A DNA stretch of 64,000 bases from positions 63,173 through 127,172 of the forward strand of contig CAKQRI010000002.1 of NCBI GenBank assembly GCA_934271365.1, in the 5' to 3' direction. Position 1 is the first letter of the stretch. The number at the start of each line of letters is the position of its first letter. Source of the DNA: an uncultured Spirochaetales bacterium (GTDB taxonomy: Bacteria; Spirochaetota; Spirochaetia; Sphaerochaetales; Sphaerochaetaceae). Below, one piece after another: positions 48,486-56,936 of this stretch. Made by a program: the position numbers and the translations under genes. The notes beneath the pieces were generated by a model that was not told the DNA's origin, ran no database searches, and saw only the letters and a list, made by a program, of their open reading frames with translations.

Positions 48486-50434
48486 TTTGCACCTCCAGCA
48501 AGTGCCTGCTCTATTCTCTCTGCACTAGTTGGCATAATTGCAGCTTTTGCTCCAGCCGCCTGATAGAGCGCATTAGCAAAGGCTCCCATTGTAAGTGCTC
48601 TTGCAAGCGCTTCTATGTTTGTTATTGTTTCAGAAATGCCTTCCTTGGAACTGAGCGAGAGATGCAGCTTGAACGAAGATGGGATGGTAGCTCCGCATTC
48701 GCCAAGCGTAGTGAGGATAAAGCATCTGGCTTTATTATAAGCATCCTTCTGGTCGATTATATGCGAGAGGCAGAAATTGGCCCAGACTTCAGTTACGACA
48801 GGGGAGAAGCTCATTGATGAGATCTTCACCTCTGCAATTACAGCTCCGAATCCTGAGTGTTCAAATTCACATGGATAATATGTGTTTTCTGCATCAAATT
48901 TTATTGAAACAGGAATCTTATCAGCTAGACGCAGGATATTCAGCCTCTTTGCCGCAGCTGCAAGCTGTGGTGTGAAGCACGATGCATAGCGTGATAGCAC
49001 ATCAGGTCCGCAGTCAATTGCATTTGGAGCCTGTTCTAGGAATACTACATTATCTGCACTGCCTTCATCTTCAACCCTTGAGCTGATCAGGCTTTTCCAG
49101 TATTTGACCAGATAGTCATTGTTGTTGACATATGCATTAACGCTTATATTCTTCTTCTGAGTGTATGTCATTATAGAGGAGAACCCAGATTCTTTTGCCA
49201 TCGCTGTCGAGAATCCAGCAACAGAAGAGCCTGATGCAAGTCCTATTCCCTTTATGTATCCTACAAGTGAGAAGTCTCCATGCTGGAAATTATTTGATGC
49301 CCATTTCCTGTCAAAGACTGAGGCTTTTGCAATTGGCGTGATAAGCGATGTTATATTCTCCAGCTCCATCGAAGGTGCATAGTCCGTGAATCTGGTCTTT
49401 CCTTTTTCTCCTGCTTCGAGCATCACAGGAGTGCAGCAGTTCTTATCAAGCAGCTTTGTATGATGATACTCAGTGGCTGCAAGAGCTTCCGAATAGCCAA
49501 GTGATCCTGCAAATGAAGCTGGATGAGTATTAGAACTCACTATTGATATCTTTGCCATGAAGCTCTTCAGAGAATATGTAGGCAGCAGACCTGTCATAAT
49601 CTGTCTCTGCATTTCCTTTGCTGCAAATTGGTATGCTCCCTGGTCAGCTGTGACATCTACGCTTTCTGAGATTGGTTTCCCATCATCATTCAGGATTGTG
49701 TGTCTAATGAAAGTCATTCCAGCTCTTGCTGATTCTCCAACTGCTCTGATTTCAACAGGAAGGGCAAGTCTTATTGTTGCTATTGCAGCAAGAGAGGCAT
49801 AGACAGCAGGCATGAATAGATACTCATCACGCTTTGAGAAGAGATTTAACTGTCTCAGATTTATTGATTTCGGAGCCATTCCCGTGATTTTAGAAATCGT
49901 GTTGACAACAAGCTCTGGCCACTGCGTCGGAAGCTCTGCGTAAAGGCTCTCATTCTCTTTCCAGAGAGTTACTGTATACCTGAGAGAGGATATGAATACA
50001 GTCGGCTCAATTCTGAACTCACTGTCAATGACTTTATATTTATTCTCTTCTTCTGATGTTATTGCTTCATCCTGTCCCCAGCTGAAGAATAGAGGAGGAG
50101 TCTCATCTCTTAGTAGTTTTTCTTTATCGTTTTCATCATATGGCTCTGTCTCAACCTCTATCTGTCTCATCAGAAGTTCTACAGATTCGAATTCAGGTCC
50201 GAATACAGCAAGAAGAGGCTGTCCGATATATGTGATTTCGCTATCAGCAAGAATAGGCATAGTGCTTCCGAAAAGGGATATGCTATTATCGCTAATATCT
50301 TCTGATGTAATGACTAAGAATCTCTGGTCAAAAGAAGGAATCTTAAAGCCTTTTAATCGTACTCCTGCAACCTTTGATTTCATTACAAGGCCACAGCGCA
50401 TGTTATATCTTGAGAAGATTTTCCGTTCTGCCAT
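48482..50434 (-). CDS. Molybdopterin-binding (large) subunit-like protein of the xanthine dehydrogenase/aldehyde oxidase family, short and divergent (650 aa)
   Basis: The N-terminal a/b-hammerhead-like segment (ITYIGQPLLAVFGPEFESVELLMRQIEVETEP) and the C-terminus (TLGECG...ALTMGAFANALYQAAGAKAAIMPTSAERIEQAL) match the family pattern. The GGGFGGK-type motif is not evident. Confidence 0.6.
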   Translation of the reverse strand: MAERKIFSRYNMRCGLVMKSKVAGVRLKGFKIPSFDQRFLVITSEDISDNSISLFGSTMPILADSEITYIGQPLLAVFGPEFESVELLMRQIEVETEPYDENDKEKLLRDETPPLFFSWGQDEAITSEEENKYKVIDSEFRIEPTVFISSLRYTVTLWKENESLYAELPTQWPELVVNTISKITGMAPKSINLRQLNLFSKRDEYLFMPAVYASLAAIATIRLALPVEIRAVGESARAGMTFIRHTILNDDGKPISESVDVTADQGAYQFAAKEMQRQIMTGLLPTYSLKSFMAKISIVSSNTHPASFAGSLGYSEALAATEYHHTKLLDKNCCTPVMLEAGEKGKTRFTDYAPSMELENITSLITPIAKASVFDRKWASNNFQHGDFSLVGYIKGIGLASGSSVAGFSTAMAKESGFSSIMTYTQKKNISVNAYVNNNDYLVKYWKSLISSRVEDEGSADNVVFLEQAPNAIDCGPDVLSRYASCFTPQLAAAAKRLNILRLADKIPVSIKFDAENTYYPCEFEHSGFGAVIAEVKISSMSFSPVVTEVWANFCLSHIIDQKDAYNKARCFILTTLGECGATIPSSFKLHLSLSSKEGISETITNIEALARALTMGAFANALYQAAGAKAAIMPTSAERIEQALAGGAK

Positions 50435-50653
50435 ATTTTAAGAAAACAATCCTTTTTATCGTATTCTATATTATAGCTTTTTTAGAATGAGTCCAACAAT
50501 AGAAAGCTGAATTGTGAAGCAGACTGTCTCAAGTAAGATGGCCAGCCACTATATTTTGGCTTAATTATTATCGATTCTATATGGGATGATGTCTTCCTTG
50601 AATACTTCTTGGAGTCGTTTCCTGATAACCAAAAATGATGATACATATAAAGG

Positions 50654-50863
50654 TTAAATTAAATGACTGTACTGACGATATACACAAAAGCTATCAACAG
50701 AACTGCAAGGAACGATGATAGGACTGCGGAAAATGCCTATATGGATATTGATAGTTTGGTTGAAACCGGAAAACATGCCTGGTAATTGTGGTACAGAAAA
50801 CTTGGGAGTATTGTTCGATAGTGGGCGGTGGAACTCCAAGTACAGGTAACTCTTAGTTTTCAT
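50654..50863 (-). CDS. Hypothetical 69-aa ORF with a strong SD in an otherwise unassigned 670-bp gap
   Basis: AGGAGAAAAA-ATG (ATG at 50861-50863). I recognise no family. A 40-aa ORF lies antisense on the + strand (50672-50794). Confidence 0.25.
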   Translation of the reverse strand: MKTKSYLYLEFHRPLSNNTPKFSVPQLPGMFSGFNQTINIHIGIFRSPIIVPCSSVDSFCVYRQYSHLI

Positions 50864-50953
50864 TTTTTCTCCTAATGGCTGCGCAATATCAGAGTAATAT
50901 GGCTTTATGGCAGGCAAGGAAAGCTGATCTTTATGTGACTGCTTAAGAGACTC

Positions 50954-50969
50954 TATCACCATAGTGATA
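50954..50969. promoter_or_regulatory. 6-4-6 inverted repeat TATCAC-CATA-GTGATA (cI/XRE-operator-like) upstream of the XRE gene
   Basis: Read directly. It lies about 140 nt upstream of the 51109 start. Confidence 0.35.
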
Positions 50970-51108
50970 CAGTATTTATTTGTGTATGCAAGTCCTTGAT
51001 ACTAGGCTTGATTTAGCTCTCAACTATCAGTAGATATTGGCAGCTCAACTGATGGTATGTAGCTTTCTATCCCATGTGTGCTTACAATTAGCTTAAAAGG
51101 TTAGCACT

Positions 51109-51717
51109 ATGGATCAGATTAAGATTGGGCAGTTTATAGCGAATCAAAGAAAGGAAAACGGCCTTACTCAGGCAGAGCTTGCAGAGAAGCTTGGAATTAC
51201 CGATAGAGCAGTTTCAAAATGGGAATGTGGCAGATCTCTTCCAGATGCCTCAATCATGCTAGAGCTCAGCAAGCTGCTTCAGATTACTGTGAATGATCTT
51301 TTATCAGGGGAGATAGTATCAATGGAAGGCTACAATGAAGAAATGGAGAAGAATCTTCTTGATGCTATAAAGGGTAAGGAGAATTCAGATAAACGGCTGC
51401 TATCGATAGAAGTGGTATTTGGTGTAGTCTCAACATCGTTTCTGCTGGTGATGGTTGTTATAGCACTCTTATTTGATATGAATGCAGCCCTGAGGGCCAC
51501 GCTGATAATACTAGGAGCTCTGGTGTTTATTCCTAGCATTCTTCTGGCTGTCAGGATAGAGCAGGTTGCTGGTTATTACGAATGTCAGGAATGCCATTAT
51601 AGATATGTTCCGGATTATATGAGTGTTAATTTTGCACCGCATATGGGCAGATTGCGCCATATGAGATGCCCTAAGTGTGGATTGAAGACATGGCAGAGGA
51701 AAGTGCTGTCAAAATAA
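51109..51717 (+). CDS. XRE-family HTH regulator with two TM helices and a C-terminal CxxC...CxxC zinc ribbon
   Basis: HTH GLTQAELAEKLGITDRAVSKWECGRSLP. TM helices VVFGVVSTSFLLVMVVIALLF and LIILGALVFIPSILLAV. Zinc ribbon CQECHYRY...CPKCGLKT. Confidence 0.8.
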   Translation: MDQIKIGQFIANQRKENGLTQAELAEKLGITDRAVSKWECGRSLPDASIMLELSKLLQITVNDLLSGEIVSMEGYNEEMEKNLLDAIKGKENSDKRLLSIEVVFGVVSTSFLLVMVVIALLFDMNAALRATLIILGALVFIPSILLAVRIEQVAGYYECQECHYRYVPDYMSVNFAPHMGRLRHMRCPKCGLKTWQRKVLSK

Positions 51718-51782
51718 GCAAGTTAAAACATTTTGTAATATGTATATAGTCTGCAAAGCAGGATTTAGGCTATATTGATATT

Positions 51783-53885
51783 ATGGAAATCAGAGAAGAG
51801 ATCAAGGCTTTAACAGAGAAGCTTAAAGTATATCAGGACACATATTATAAGAAGGGTGAATCCCTTGTCAGCGATCAGGAATATGATAGGCTTTTCGATA
51901 AGCTCAAGACTCTTGAAGAGCAGTATCCAGAGTATGCAGAAGCAGACTCTCCGACACGCAGAGTCGGTAGTGACCTTACTAACGATTTCCCAGAAGTCGT
52001 GCATACAATTCCGGTACTCTCTCTTGATAAGGCATATTCCAAAGAAGAGGTGCTTTCCTTCTTTGATAAATCAATTGCAAAGGAGGGTGGAGCTCTCTCA
52101 TTTGCAGCTGAGGAGAAGATAGATGGAATATCTATGGTTCTCTATTATGAGGATGGAATCCTTATAAGAGCTGTTACCAGAGGAAATGGCGAAGTCGGAA
52201 ATGATGTCACTCCTAATATAATGACAATCAAGAGTGTGCCTCTGAGCCTTCCCGAACCTCTTACAATTGCTGTTAGAGGCGAAGTCTATCTTCCAAAGAA
52301 GGATTTTCTGAGACTCAATGCCCTTGAAGAGGATGAGAAGAAGAGAGCTGCGAATCCTAGAAATCTTGCAGCAGGCACTGTCAGACGTCAGAAATCGTCA
52401 GAAGCTGCAATGGTTCCTCTGAATATGTTCTGCTACGAAGGCTTCTGGAGTGATAAATCAGAGACTCCGTCTGATCATCTTCACATTCTGAAAAAGCTTA
52501 AGGATCTTGGTTTCAGAATCAATCCTGATTTTGCTTTCTTTGATTCCACAAAGGAAAAAGCAGAAGAGAAGCTAAAGGCATCAGGCCTAGAAGGGAAAGC
52601 GTATGGCTTTGATTCCTTAGAGGAATACATAAAGCTGGAAACTGAAGAGAGACGAAGCCTTGAGTATGAGATAGATGGGCTTGTCTTCAAGATTAATGAG
52701 CTTGATGTCAGAGAGGACTTTGGCTACACAGAGCACCATCCGAGATGGGCAATTGCTTATAAGTTTGAATCTCCTCAGGCAACTGCTGTCTTAGAGGGAA
52801 TAACATGCCAGGTCGGAAGAACTGGAAGGATAACACCAGTTGCTGAGATTACCCCAACTGCTCTTGGAGGCTCTACGATAAGAAGGGCAACTCTGCATAA
52901 CCAGGAATATATTGAAGAGCTTGAGCTTGCAGTTGGAGATACCGTCTCGATAACAAAGAGGGGAGATGTCATTCCTGCGGTAGAGGAAGTGCTTGAGAAG
53001 AATACTCTAGGAAATACAACTTATAAGATGCCGGATAAGTGTCCATGCTGTGGTACAGAACTTGTAAAGGATGGTGCGCATCAGTTCTGTCCTAACTATG
53101 ATTGTCCTGATCAGGTGAAGGGAAGGATTGCCTTCTTTGCATCTAGGGATATGATGGACATTGAGTCTCTTGGACCTAAGACGGTTGATGTTTTATACGA
53201 TAAAGGACTGCTTAGGAGCATCGAGGATATATACCGTGCAGACTATGACACACTTATCGGAACTCCAGGAATCGGAGAGAAGACAGTCAGTGCGCTTAAG
53301 AACGGAATAAAGAAATCATTCTCTCAGCCATTCAAGACAGTGCTTGCATCTTTGGGAGTAGCAGAGCTTGGGCCTAAGATGGCTGACCTCCTTGTTTCAA
53401 ATGGATTTGACAATATTGATAAGCTGATAAATGCCTCCGCAGAGAATGATTCAGAGTCCTTCACTAAGATAAAGGGTGTTGGAGAGAATACTGCAGAGCT
53501 CATCATAAAGGCTTTCTCTGATAAGAGGCTTCTTGAGACAATTTCTGCACTGTGGTCATTTGGCCTCCATCTGAATTCGGCTCAGGATAGAACAGAGGAT
53601 GAATACCCTCAGATCTTTAAAGATCAGGTGTGGTGTGTCACTGGATCCTTCAAGAATTTCAACCCAAGATCCAAAGCTATGGCAGAGGTTGAGAAGAGAG
53701 GAGGTCGTACAGTCTCTTCTGTAACAGGAAAGACAACACACCTGCTAGCAGGAAGCGGAGGCGGCTCAAAGAGAGCTGATGCTGAGAGAATCGGAGCTAA
53801 GATTATAACAGAAGAGGAATTCCTTGCACTTCTCGGTATGGCACCTGAGATGGAAAAGAGTCCTGAACAGGGAATGCTTTTCTGA
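51783..53885 (+). CDS. ligA: NAD-dependent DNA ligase
   Basis: Adenylation site EEKIDGIS, Zn finger CPCCGTELVKDGAHQFCPNYDCPDQ, HhH repeats and a C-terminal BRCT (VWCVTGSF...). Confidence 0.97.
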   Translation: MEIREEIKALTEKLKVYQDTYYKKGESLVSDQEYDRLFDKLKTLEEQYPEYAEADSPTRRVGSDLTNDFPEVVHTIPVLSLDKAYSKEEVLSFFDKSIAKEGGALSFAAEEKIDGISMVLYYEDGILIRAVTRGNGEVGNDVTPNIMTIKSVPLSLPEPLTIAVRGEVYLPKKDFLRLNALEEDEKKRAANPRNLAAGTVRRQKSSEAAMVPLNMFCYEGFWSDKSETPSDHLHILKKLKDLGFRINPDFAFFDSTKEKAEEKLKASGLEGKAYGFDSLEEYIKLETEERRSLEYEIDGLVFKINELDVREDFGYTEHHPRWAIAYKFESPQATAVLEGITCQVGRTGRITPVAEITPTALGGSTIRRATLHNQEYIEELELAVGDTVSITKRGDVIPAVEEVLEKNTLGNTTYKMPDKCPCCGTELVKDGAHQFCPNYDCPDQVKGRIAFFASRDMMDIESLGPKTVDVLYDKGLLRSIEDIYRADYDTLIGTPGIGEKTVSALKNGIKKSFSQPFKTVLASLGVAELGPKMADLLVSNGFDNIDKLINASAENDSESFTKIKGVGENTAELIIKAFSDKRLLETISALWSFGLHLNSAQDRTEDEYPQIFKDQVWCVTGSFKNFNPRSKAMAEVEKRGGRTVSSVTGKTTHLLAGSGGGSKRADAERIGAKIITEEEFLALLGMAPEMEKSPEQGMLF

Positions 53886-53953
53886 TAAAAAACAGCAGAT
53901 TGCTTCTTCTAGAAAACCCAATATTTAAATATACTGCGCTTAGAGGATATAAA

Positions 53954-55255
53954 ATGAATGAATTAGCTGTTGAACTCAATGATATTCTGAAGACAAGCAT
54001 TGCTTATTCTTTTCTGTCCGAAAGAGGACAGCGAATGTATTTCCCTAAGGGAATAGTCGCACAGGCAGCAGAAGCAGGCGAGAAGGCTGGAAAATATAAT
54101 GCAACAATCGGCCTTGCCCTTGACCATGGAGAGCCATTCTGCCTTGAAGATATATATTCTCAGTTTGTACCTGGAGCACTCAAGAAGAGCCAGATCTTTT
54201 CATATGCACCAGGTGGAGGCGATAAGGCTCTTAGAAAGGCATGGAAGGAAGCTATAATCAGAAAGAATCCTACTCTTTCTGGCAAGCTGTTCTCAGAGCC
54301 TCTTGTAACTGCAGGGCTGACACATACAATCTCTACAGTTGCATCGCTTTTTGTTGATAAGGATGATGAGGTCGTATGTCCAGATCTCTTCTGGGATAAT
54401 TATCAGCTGATCTTCGAGGATTCTGTAGGAGCTAAGCTGAAGCTGTTCCGCTTCTATGATGATAAAGGTGGATTTAATGTAGAAGGAATGAAGGATGCTC
54501 TTCTTTCTTCAAAAGGCGAAGAAGCACGCATAATCCTGAATTTCCCGAATAATCCTACTGGATATACTCCTTCTAAGTCTGAAGCTAAGGCTATAGTCAA
54601 AGCACTTATTGAAGTCGCTGATAGTGGTAAGAAGATTCTTGTTCTTACAGATGATGCTTATTTTGGGCTTTTCTTTGAGGATGAGACTGAAAAGGAATCA
54701 TTATTTGCATATCTTGCAGATGCGCATGAGAACATATTTGCAATTAAGGGCGATGCAGCAACGAAGGAAGAGATGGTGTGGGGCTTCAGAATAGGCTTCA
54801 TCTCTTATGCATCAAAGGCATTCACCCCAGAGGTTATGGATGCTCTTACAAAGAAGACTCTTGGCGCAATAAGATGCTCTGTATCAAGCTGCGACAGGCC
54901 GGGGCAGTCTCTGCTCTTGAAAGCTCTTACAGAAGGCAAGAGCTATGATGCTGATAAAGAGAGATTATTCAGTATAGTAAGAACTAGATACAATACAATA
55001 CATAAGGCTATTGAAGCACATAAGGACTCAAAGGTGCTGAGGCCATATAGCTTCAACAGCGGGTATTTCATGGCATTTGATGTTACTCCGCATAATGCAG
55101 AGGAATTAAGAGTTTATCTTCTTGATAAATATAATATCGGTGCAATCAATATTCTTGGCTCAACTCTACGCTTGGCATACTGCTCAGTTGAGAATGAGAT
55201 GCTAGAGGATCTTGTTGATACTGTTTATAAGGCAGCTGAGGAGCTATGGAGCTAA
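53954..55255 (+). CDS. Class I/II PLP-dependent aminotransferase
   Basis: NFPNNPTGYTPS aminotransferase I motif and a fold-type I length of about 430 aa. ATG at 53954 after GAGGA. Confidence 0.8.
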   Translation: MNELAVELNDILKTSIAYSFLSERGQRMYFPKGIVAQAAEAGEKAGKYNATIGLALDHGEPFCLEDIYSQFVPGALKKSQIFSYAPGGGDKALRKAWKEAIIRKNPTLSGKLFSEPLVTAGLTHTISTVASLFVDKDDEVVCPDLFWDNYQLIFEDSVGAKLKLFRFYDDKGGFNVEGMKDALLSSKGEEARIILNFPNNPTGYTPSKSEAKAIVKALIEVADSGKKILVLTDDAYFGLFFEDETEKESLFAYLADAHENIFAIKGDAATKEEMVWGFRIGFISYASKAFTPEVMDALTKKTLGAIRCSVSSCDRPGQSLLLKALTEGKSYDADKERLFSIVRTRYNTIHKAIEAHKDSKVLRPYSFNSGYFMAFDVTPHNAEELRVYLLDKYNIGAINILGSTLRLAYCSVENEMLEDLVDTVYKAAEELWS

Positions 55256-55614
55256 AAGAGAAACTTTATCTAGTCGATGCAGAAGGTGAGAAGTTCATGG
55301 GAGCTGGTGTCCTATGGCTACTGGAGGCTATTGAATCAACCTCTTCGCTTAGAAAAGCAGCATCAGAGATGGGCCTTTCATATTCTAAGGCCTATATGAT
55401 GATTGATCGGCTGGAGAAGAATCTCGGACGTCAGATTGTGATAAGGAGACATGGAGGTGCTGATAGAGTCGGTGCATCCCTTACTCCATTTGCTATTGAA
55501 TTTATGAAGCTTTTTAAGGAGTTTCAGGTTAGAATGAAGGCCCATGCCAATGATGAATATCAGGTTTTCATGAAAGGCCTTGAATCTCTTCAGGAGGAAA
55601 CTGATGGAAAATAA
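55246..55614 (+). CDS. Winged-helix DNA-binding protein, ModE N-terminal/LysR-HTH-like (122 aa)
   Basis: LLEAIESTSSLRKAASEMGLSYSKAYMMIDRLEKNLG...RRHGGADRVGASLTPFA matches the ModE-N pattern. Overlaps both neighbours by about 10 nt. Confidence 0.65.
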   Translation: MELKEKLYLVDAEGEKFMGAGVLWLLEAIESTSSLRKAASEMGLSYSKAYMMIDRLEKNLGRQIVIRRHGGADRVGASLTPFAIEFMKLFKEFQVRMKAHANDEYQVFMKGLESLQEETDGK

Positions 55615-56929
55615 GCAATATGATTTTTCAATTGAGAGGCTTGGAGAAGCTAAGCTTGCAAGTCCTATAAGGATGTCAAACAGGAGCGGAGATGGCGTTG
55701 CTGATTATACAAGCGATGACGATCGCATTCTCTATTCAATTGAAACAGAGGTTGTAGATGGCAAGGTTCAGCCTGTTCATTCTGATACTGTAGAACTTGC
55801 GGGCCCTCGTGATAAAATCTATTTCAATCCATCTCATGTCCATGCTGCAATATGCACATGCGGAGGAATCTGCCCAGGGCTGAATAATGTAATAAGAGCT
55901 GTTGTGCGATGCTTATGGTATCGCTATGGGGTAAGAAGGATTTCTGGAATCCAGTATGGTTATCTTGGCCTTCTTGAGAACTCTCCATGGCCTCTTCTTA
56001 CGCTTGATCCTGATGTTGTTGATGATATTCAGGAGAAGGGTGGCACTATTCTTGGATCAGCAAGAGGTGGCGGAAAGCAGGTAGAGGAAATCGTAGATTC
56101 TCTTGAGCGCATGAATATAAACATCCTTATTACAATTGGTGGAGATGGAACGCTTCGCGGCGCTTATGACATCGGAGAGGAAATCAAGAGAAGGGGCCTT
56201 AAGATTGCAATTGTCGGAGTTCCGAAGACAATAGATAATGATCTTTCATTCATAGACTCATCATTTGGATTTGATACAGCAGTTGCATCAGCTGTTCCTT
56301 CTGTAAGAGGTGCGCATGTTGAGGCAAAGAATTCTATCAATGGAATAGGACTTGTAAAGGTAATGGGACGAGAGTCTGGCTTTATTGCTGCTCATACTTC
56401 TCTTGCCCAGAGCGATGTTAACTTCTGTCTTATCCCAGAGTGTCCATTTGACCTTGAAGGTCCTAATGGTCTTCTTGAGAATCTCAAGAGAAGGATTCTC
56501 GAGAGAGGGCATGCTGTTATTCTTGTAGCAGAAGGTGCTGGCCAGGAATTTGCACCTCCAACAGGAGAGACTGATGCTTCTGGGAATATCAAATACCATG
56601 ACATTGGAATATTCCTCAAAGAGAAGATCAAGGCTTATTTCAAAGAACAGGGAATTGAGACAAGCGTAAAGTATATAGATCCTTCTTATATAATACGTTC
56701 TACTCCTGCTAACAGCTATGATTCTATATACTGCGCACGCCTAGGTGCTCATGCCGTTCATGCTGCAATGGCAGGAAAGACGCAGTGCATTGCATCTAGA
56801 GTGAACAACCAGTTTGTTTATCTTCCTATTAAGGTTGCTGTTTCAAAACGCTCTCATGTGGATCCTGAGGGATCTCTATGGAGAGATGTTCTTGAGAATA
56901 CAAGACAGCCTTATAGCATGAAGAACTAG
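55604..56929 (+). CDS. pfk: 6-phosphofructokinase, long (about 440 aa) spirochaete/plant-type; phosphoryl donor uncertain
   Basis: CGGICPGLNNVIR, TIGGDGTLRGA, VGVPKTIDNDL and MGRESGF motifs. ATG at 55604 after AGGAGG. Confidence 0.9.
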   Translation: MENKQYDFSIERLGEAKLASPIRMSNRSGDGVADYTSDDDRILYSIETEVVDGKVQPVHSDTVELAGPRDKIYFNPSHVHAAICTCGGICPGLNNVIRAVVRCLWYRYGVRRISGIQYGYLGLLENSPWPLLTLDPDVVDDIQEKGGTILGSARGGGKQVEEIVDSLERMNINILITIGGDGTLRGAYDIGEEIKRRGLKIAIVGVPKTIDNDLSFIDSSFGFDTAVASAVPSVRGAHVEAKNSINGIGLVKVMGRESGFIAAHTSLAQSDVNFCLIPECPFDLEGPNGLLENLKRRILERGHAVILVAEGAGQEFAPPTGETDASGNIKYHDIGIFLKEKIKAYFKEQGIETSVKYIDPSYIIRSTPANSYDSIYCARLGAHAVHAAMAGKTQCIASRVNNQFVYLPIKVAVSKRSHVDPEGSLWRDVLENTRQPYSMKN

Positions 56930-56936
56930 GAGGAAC

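Noticed and set aside
43690-50434. Treating the XDH-like genes as part of a mobile or foreign insertion next to dnaE
   Set aside because: There is no compositional break visible by eye and no flanking repeats or integrase. The overlapping stop/start codons argue for long-standing operonic integration.
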